NCBI GenBank assembly: GCA_016928875.1
Contig: JAFGJY010000089.1
Span: 3,625-67,624, forward strand
Direction: 5' to 3'
Source of the DNA: Candidatus Omnitrophota bacterium
GTDB taxonomy: Bacteria; Omnitrophota; Omnitrophia; JAHJGZ01; JAFGJY01
Length of the DNA stretch: 64,000 nt
A program made the translations under genes and the position numbers. Shown piece after piece: positions 61,147 to 64,000 of this stretch; positions within the stretch are counted from its first letter, which is position 1, and each line of letters begins with the position of its first letter. Below the pieces are notes generated by a model, which made no database searches, was not told where the DNA came from, and saw only the letters and a program-made list of their open reading frames with translations.

Positions 61147-61508
61147 GGTACGATACTCTTCATTAATGCTGTAATTTTACGGCCTAATTGAGACAGCAAG
61201 CTCAATAATCGTTCTTTAATTTCATTATTTAAAAATCCCAAATTATATGAAAGCATTACTTGCGTTTCTAATTCAGCTAACGACCCTCGCGCGATACTCA
61301 AAAACTGCTTAAACTCTTTCTTGTGTGAACGTCGAAACCCTTCTGCAATATTCGAAGGAATTGAAACCGCAGCTCTTTTCATTTGTATAACAATTCCATA
61401 TTTTTCTTCATCGGGATAATTGCTACAGACCTCGTAGACAAATTTAGCCAAGACCATCCCCTCTTGCCACACGATCAAATCTTGATATGTCTGTATCTTT
61501 TTATTCAT
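61143..61508 (-). CDS. Four-helix-bundle protein (23S rRNA IVS protein family), copy 3
   Basis: MNKKIQTYQDLIVWQEGM..YPDEEKYGIVIQMKRAAVSIPSNIAEGFRRSHKKEFKQFLSIARGSLAELET.. . The start at 61508 was chosen by alignment with copies 1 and 2; the ORF-track GTG at 61535 lies in the repeat arm. Confidence 0.9.
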   Translation of the reverse strand: MNKKIQTYQDLIVWQEGMVLAKFVYEVCSNYPDEEKYGIVIQMKRAAVSIPSNIAEGFRRSHKKEFKQFLSIARGSLAELETQVMLSYNLGFLNNEIKERLLSLLSQLGRKITALMKSIVP

Positions 61509-61552
61509 ATTCTTTATTGCTTTACCATGCACCACGCACTATGCACCATGCA

Positions 61553-62386
61553 CTATACTTTCAGGGAATCCCCATACTCCGCGATGGTCATGAATTCATT
61601 GCCCGACATGATCGCACGCAATTTTGATTCTGTTTTATCAAGGTTTATATAATGTCGGAATGCTGCTAACGCGTTCGTCGTTATGCGCGGCTGTTCCGGA
61701 TCGAATTCCCACGGATGAAAGTACATATTCACAACCTGCTCTGCGGCATTGACCTGTTGCATACATTTTTTTATTACCCATAAAGGCAACATTCTAAAGT
61801 AACCGCCGCCGGCAAAGGGTATCCTCTTACCTAATACTTCTGCGGTTGATATTGGTATCTCCTGCAACTGCCCTTTTTGCGTTTTTATGACATACGGATA
61901 ACGCTCTTTACTCGGCAAGCCATAATGATCATGATGCATCGGGAACAATGATGAGTCGAACTCAATCCCAAGTTCTTTTATAACATCATATGCCCACATG
62001 GTCTTCCGTGATATTGAAAAGCATGGCGCTCGATAGGACCTTATCTTCTTCTGCGCCAAGGTGCCTAATATCTGCAGAGACCTTTCTACATCTTTCTTAT
62101 ATTCTTCTTGAGTTTGTTTGTATACGAGTTCATGCCCATAGCCATGAGAGGCGATCTCATGGCCACGTTCGGCAATGTGTCTTATCACATCAGGACGTTT
62201 TTCTGCCACACACCCAAGCACAAAAAAGGTCGCCTTGGCATTATGATCATCGAGGATACGCAATATTCTCATGAGGCCTACGGTAAGACGTGAGTCGAAG
62301 TTCTTCCACTCGTCCTGACGTATGACAGACTTGAAGTTCTCCACTTGGTAATATTCTTCGACGTCGAAGGTGAGTATGATCTTCAC
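61553..62386 (-). CDS. Polysaccharide deacetylase (NodB-type; resembles the DUF3473/PEP-CTERM-locus subfamily)
   Basis: VKIILTFDVEEYYQVENF.., ..IASHGYGHE.., C-terminal ..YFHPWEFDPEQP. GTG 62386 is preceded by AAGGAG at 6-nt spacing. The ORF-track ATG 62440 lies in a repeat (IRYTIY words). Confidence 0.8.
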   Translation of the reverse strand: MKIILTFDVEEYYQVENFKSVIRQDEWKNFDSRLTVGLMRILRILDDHNAKATFFVLGCVAEKRPDVIRHIAERGHEIASHGYGHELVYKQTQEEYKKDVERSLQILGTLAQKKIRSYRAPCFSISRKTMWAYDVIKELGIEFDSSLFPMHHDHYGLPSKERYPYVIKTQKGQLQEIPISTAEVLGKRIPFAGGGYFRMLPLWVIKKCMQQVNAAEQVVNMYFHPWEFDPEQPRITTNALAAFRHYINLDKTESKLRAIMSGNEFMTIAEYGDSLKV

Positions 62387-62444
62387 TTGGTGCTCCTTGT
62401 ATATCGTATAGCGTATTGCGTCGTGCGTATTGCGTTGCACCCCT

Positions 62445-62555
62445 CGTCATCATTACGAAAGAGTGCAGGGCCCTTGCTTCCGTCGTCATTGCGAAAGAGT
62501 GCAGGGCCCTTACTTCCGTCGTCATTGCGAGTGAACACAGCGCTCTTACTCTTCA
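62445..62555. repeat. 36-bp half-element stutter array (about 3 units) leading into MITE A copy 3
   Basis: Units cgtcatcattacgaaagagtgcagggcccttgcttc (62445..62480), cgtcgtcattgcgaaagagtgcagggcccttacttc (62481..62516), and a degenerate third unit. Confidence 0.8.
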
Positions 62556-62664
62556 TGTCATCCTGAGACGAGCGCAGCGAGGCGAAGGATCCAGGATATT
62601 TGTTCACTAGGTTCGCATAACCTGGGTCCTTCGTCACGCCTTTGGCGTGACTCAGGATGACAGC
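62556..62664. repeat. Hairpin MITE family A, copy 3 (intergenic)
   Basis: tgtcatcctgagacgagcgcagcgaggcgaaggatccaggatatttg...cctgggtccttcgtcacgcctttggcgtgactcaggatgacagc. The frame VILSHAKGVTKDPGYANLVNKYPGSFASLRSSQDD is open. Confidence 0.85.
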
Positions 62665-62687
62665 GGTATCATTATGCATTACTTGAA

Positions 62688-62789
62688 TCATGTCCTCGGG
62701 CTCCAGGTAACCAGTTTTTTGCCTCTAAGCCACTCAACCCCGGCGACCATGGAGGCGTAGTTGACGAGGCAAAGATAATAACATAAACG
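62688..62789 (-). pseudogene. Detached second copy of the last 33 codons + stop of the GT2 gene at 62932..64000
   Basis: It encodes RLCYYLCLVNYASMVAGVEWLRGKKLVTWSPRT-stop, against RLCYYLCLVNYASMVAGIQWLRGKKLVTWNPRT-stop at 62932..63033. That is 3 aa changes despite many nucleotide (mostly synonymous) differences. No upstream coding continuation exists. Confidence 0.75.
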
Positions 62790-62801
62790 TACAATCTTCC
62801 T

Positions 62802-62905
62802 TGTCGTCCTCAGCCTCTTCCCTTTGTCGTCCCGGAATTCTTCTGTCGTCCCCGCGGAAGCGGGGATCTCGGTACTTAGGTCCCCGCTTTCGCGGGGACG
62901 ACATG
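62802..62905. repeat. Family B palindromic element, copy 1, preceded by about 21-bp tgtcgtcc stutter units
   Basis: tgtcgtcc starts at 62802, 62824 and 62844, then gtccccgcggaagcggggat-ctcggtacttag-gtccccgctttcgcggggac (62844..62905). Confidence 0.8.
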
Positions 62906-62931
62906 AAGATGAAATGGGACGACGTGCTACG

Positions 62932-64000
62932 TTATGTTCTCGGATTCCACGTAACTAATTTCTTCCCCCTCAGCCACTGGATGCCGGCGACCATAGAGGC
63001 GTAGTTGACAAGGCACAAATAGTAACAGAGACGGATAACTGAGTATATCGTATTTCGTATATCGTATTTCGTCGCACCATTGTCGTCATTGCGTCTCTTG
63101 CTGTCATCCTGAGGAGTTTCGCCTTCAGGCGGAACGACGAAGGATCCAGGATATTCGTTCACTTGATTCAAGTAACCTGGGTCCTTCGCCCCTTCGGGGC
63201 TCAGGATGACAGCGGCTGCGCCGGAACGAACATATCCATACACCGCCAATGCATAAAATACCAACTGCAGCGTAAACAGCACGTGATACAACGTACCGGC
63301 CGGGATGAGAAAATAATTGGTTATAAAGACGACGAGCTGCATCCAGCCTATATCATAACGGAATCCCTTGTGTGAGATGATCTGCCAGCTTACAAGGCCA
63401 TTATTAAAAACGTTAAACGATAAGTCCTTAAATTTCATGAGCGCATGAATGCTGCGGAGCGCCACGCGCACACGCATCGAAAATTCTTCTTCATGGGTCT
63501 CATTTGCATCTTCAACGATCACCGCTTCGGGCTCATAGACAACGCGGTAATTTTTCTGCATAACTGTTAAAGGCAATACGAAATCCGGTAGGTCTTCAGC
63601 GTCCATATCTTCATAAAGCTCTAGACGACAGGCGTCTATACCGCCGTCAACGCCGATCACAGAGCCGACCTTGGTCTCGAGTTTGCGCAATGTGTTCTCA
63701 TAGGCCATGTAGGCGCCGCAGCCTTCACTGACACCGCTGTCTGTCTTTGTCTGATAGACCATTTTACCCGTTACGTAGCCGACGGTCGGGTCTGCGAAAT
63801 TACGGATAAGGGCTTTTATAGCTCCTGGTTTATATATAGAATTAGCATCGCTGAAGATAAGAATAACATCACCGTTATCACCTATTGTCGTCCCCGCGGA
63901 AGCGGGGATCTCGGTACTTAGGTCCCGGCTCTGCGGCCGGGATGACATGGCTAGGTCCCCGCTTTCGCGGGGACGACATGAATCGGTGCCGGGACGACCT
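62932..64000 (-). CDS. GT2 glycosyltransferase with C-terminal TM helices, partial (N-terminus beyond window end), carrying two in-frame repeat insertions
   Basis: ..DVILIFSDANSIYKPGAIKALIRNFADPTVGYVTG.. (GT-A D-x-D/DAN region), ..EDLPDF.., and C-terminal TM segments. The frame stays open upstream of ATG 63948 to position 64000, so the true start lies outside the window. Confidence 0.7.
   Translation of the reverse strand, partial: GRPGTDSCRPRESGDLAMSSRPQSRDLSTEIPASAGTTIGDNGDVILIFSDANSIYKPGAIKALIRNFADPTVGYVTGKMVYQTKTDSGVSEGCGAYMAYENTLRKLETKVGSVIGVDGGIDACRLELYEDMDAEDLPDFVLPLTVMQKNYRVVYEPEAVIVEDANETHEEEFSMRVRVALRSIHALMKFKDLSFNVFNNGLVSWQIISHKGFRYDIGWMQLVVFITNYFLIPAGTLYHVLFTLQLVFYALAVYGYVRSGAAAVILSPEGAKDPGYLNQVNEYPGSFVVPPEGETPQDDSKRRNDDNGATKYDIRNTIYSVIRLCYYLCLVNYASMVAGIQWLRGKKLVTWNPRT
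63102..63213. repeat. Hairpin MITE family A, copy 4 (inside the GT2 CDS, in frame)
   Basis: tgtcatcctgaggagtttcgccttcaggcggaacgacgaaggatccaggatattcg...cctgggtccttcgccccttcggggctcaggatgacagc. Translated as AVILSPEGAKDPGYLNQVNEYPGSFVVPPEGETPQDDS. Confidence 0.85.
63886..63980. repeat. Family B palindromic element, copy 2 (inside the GT2 CDS, in frame)
   Basis: Same as 62844..62905 but with an extra internal palindrome, gtcccggctctgcggccgggat. Translated as ..RESGDLAMSSRPQSRDLSTEIPASAGTT.. . Confidence 0.8.

Noticed and set aside
62247-63004. Several ORFs in the repeat region (62247..62525, 62383..62691, 62416..62610, 62345..62566, 62801..63004).
   Set aside because: They are made almost entirely of MITE A, 36-bp stutter and family B sequence read in various frames. 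Their openness reflects the stop-poor nature of the repeats, not genes.
1-64000. rRNA, tRNA, CRISPR-Cas, integrase/transposase, reverse transcriptase (DGR/retron) genes or exosortase/PEP-CTERM components.
   Set aside because: None was recognised on either strand. The four-helix-bundle genes are Avd-like, but no RT or template/variable repeat pair is present. The deacetylase, AsnB, ligases and FemAB-like genes resemble PEP-CTERM-type EPS loci, but no exosortase or PEP-CTERM protein is in the window.

Overview
The window is almost entirely one co-directional (minus-strand) array of about 55 genes. They form a very large, mosaic surface-glycan (EPS/O-antigen-like) biosynthesis locus.

**Core glycan machinery**
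- 16 glycosyltransferases: 9 GT4/GT1-fold, 5 GT2, 2 membrane GT-C.
- Two Wzx-type flippases, one Wzy-type polymerase and two UPF0104 flippase-like proteins.

**Tailoring enzymes (an unusually dense set)**
- Four PaaK/CapK-like adenylating ligases.
- Four radical-SAM enzymes: two SPASM/twitch, one TRAM-less MiaB-like, one plain.
- Two pyruvyl transferases, a PAPS-type sulfotransferase, a LarA-like racemase homologue and AsnB.
- An FkbH-like loader plus ACP.
- GNATs, LbH acetyltransferases, methyltransferases, a deacetylase, an SGNH hydrolase (the only plus-strand gene) and an AlkP-family enzyme.

**Not seen in the window:** a priming phosphoglycosyltransferase, Wza/Wzc-type export genes, larBCE, or PAPS synthesis genes.

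**Left 4.2 kb (accessory)**
- An AbrB-type gene fragment and an orphan Phd/YefM antitoxin.
- An ORF6N gene split by a 292-bp GIY-YIG mini-element with terminal inverted repeats.
- A beta-repeat protein and a DUF1016_N-thermonuclease fusion.

**Most unusual layer: structured or selfish DNA superimposed on the operon**
1. Three four-helix-bundle (23S-rRNA-IVS-type) ORFs are each enclosed by inverted repeats built from a cassette-specific short word, and ORF-less derivatives also occur.
2. A ~100-bp hairpin MITE (TGTCATCCTGAG...CTCAGGATGACA) occurs in 4 copies. All four keep the same open reading frame, and two are translated inside genes.
3. Half-palindrome 'stutter' arrays occur with 21-bp and 36-bp periods.
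4. Five genes read straight through such insertions, as Rickettsia RPEs do.

44.1-56.6 kb is visibly more AT-rich and contains none of these repeats, which suggests a recently swapped Wzx/Wzy cassette.

**Limits:** all functional calls rest on motif recognition by eye. No database search, RNA folding or GC computation was run.
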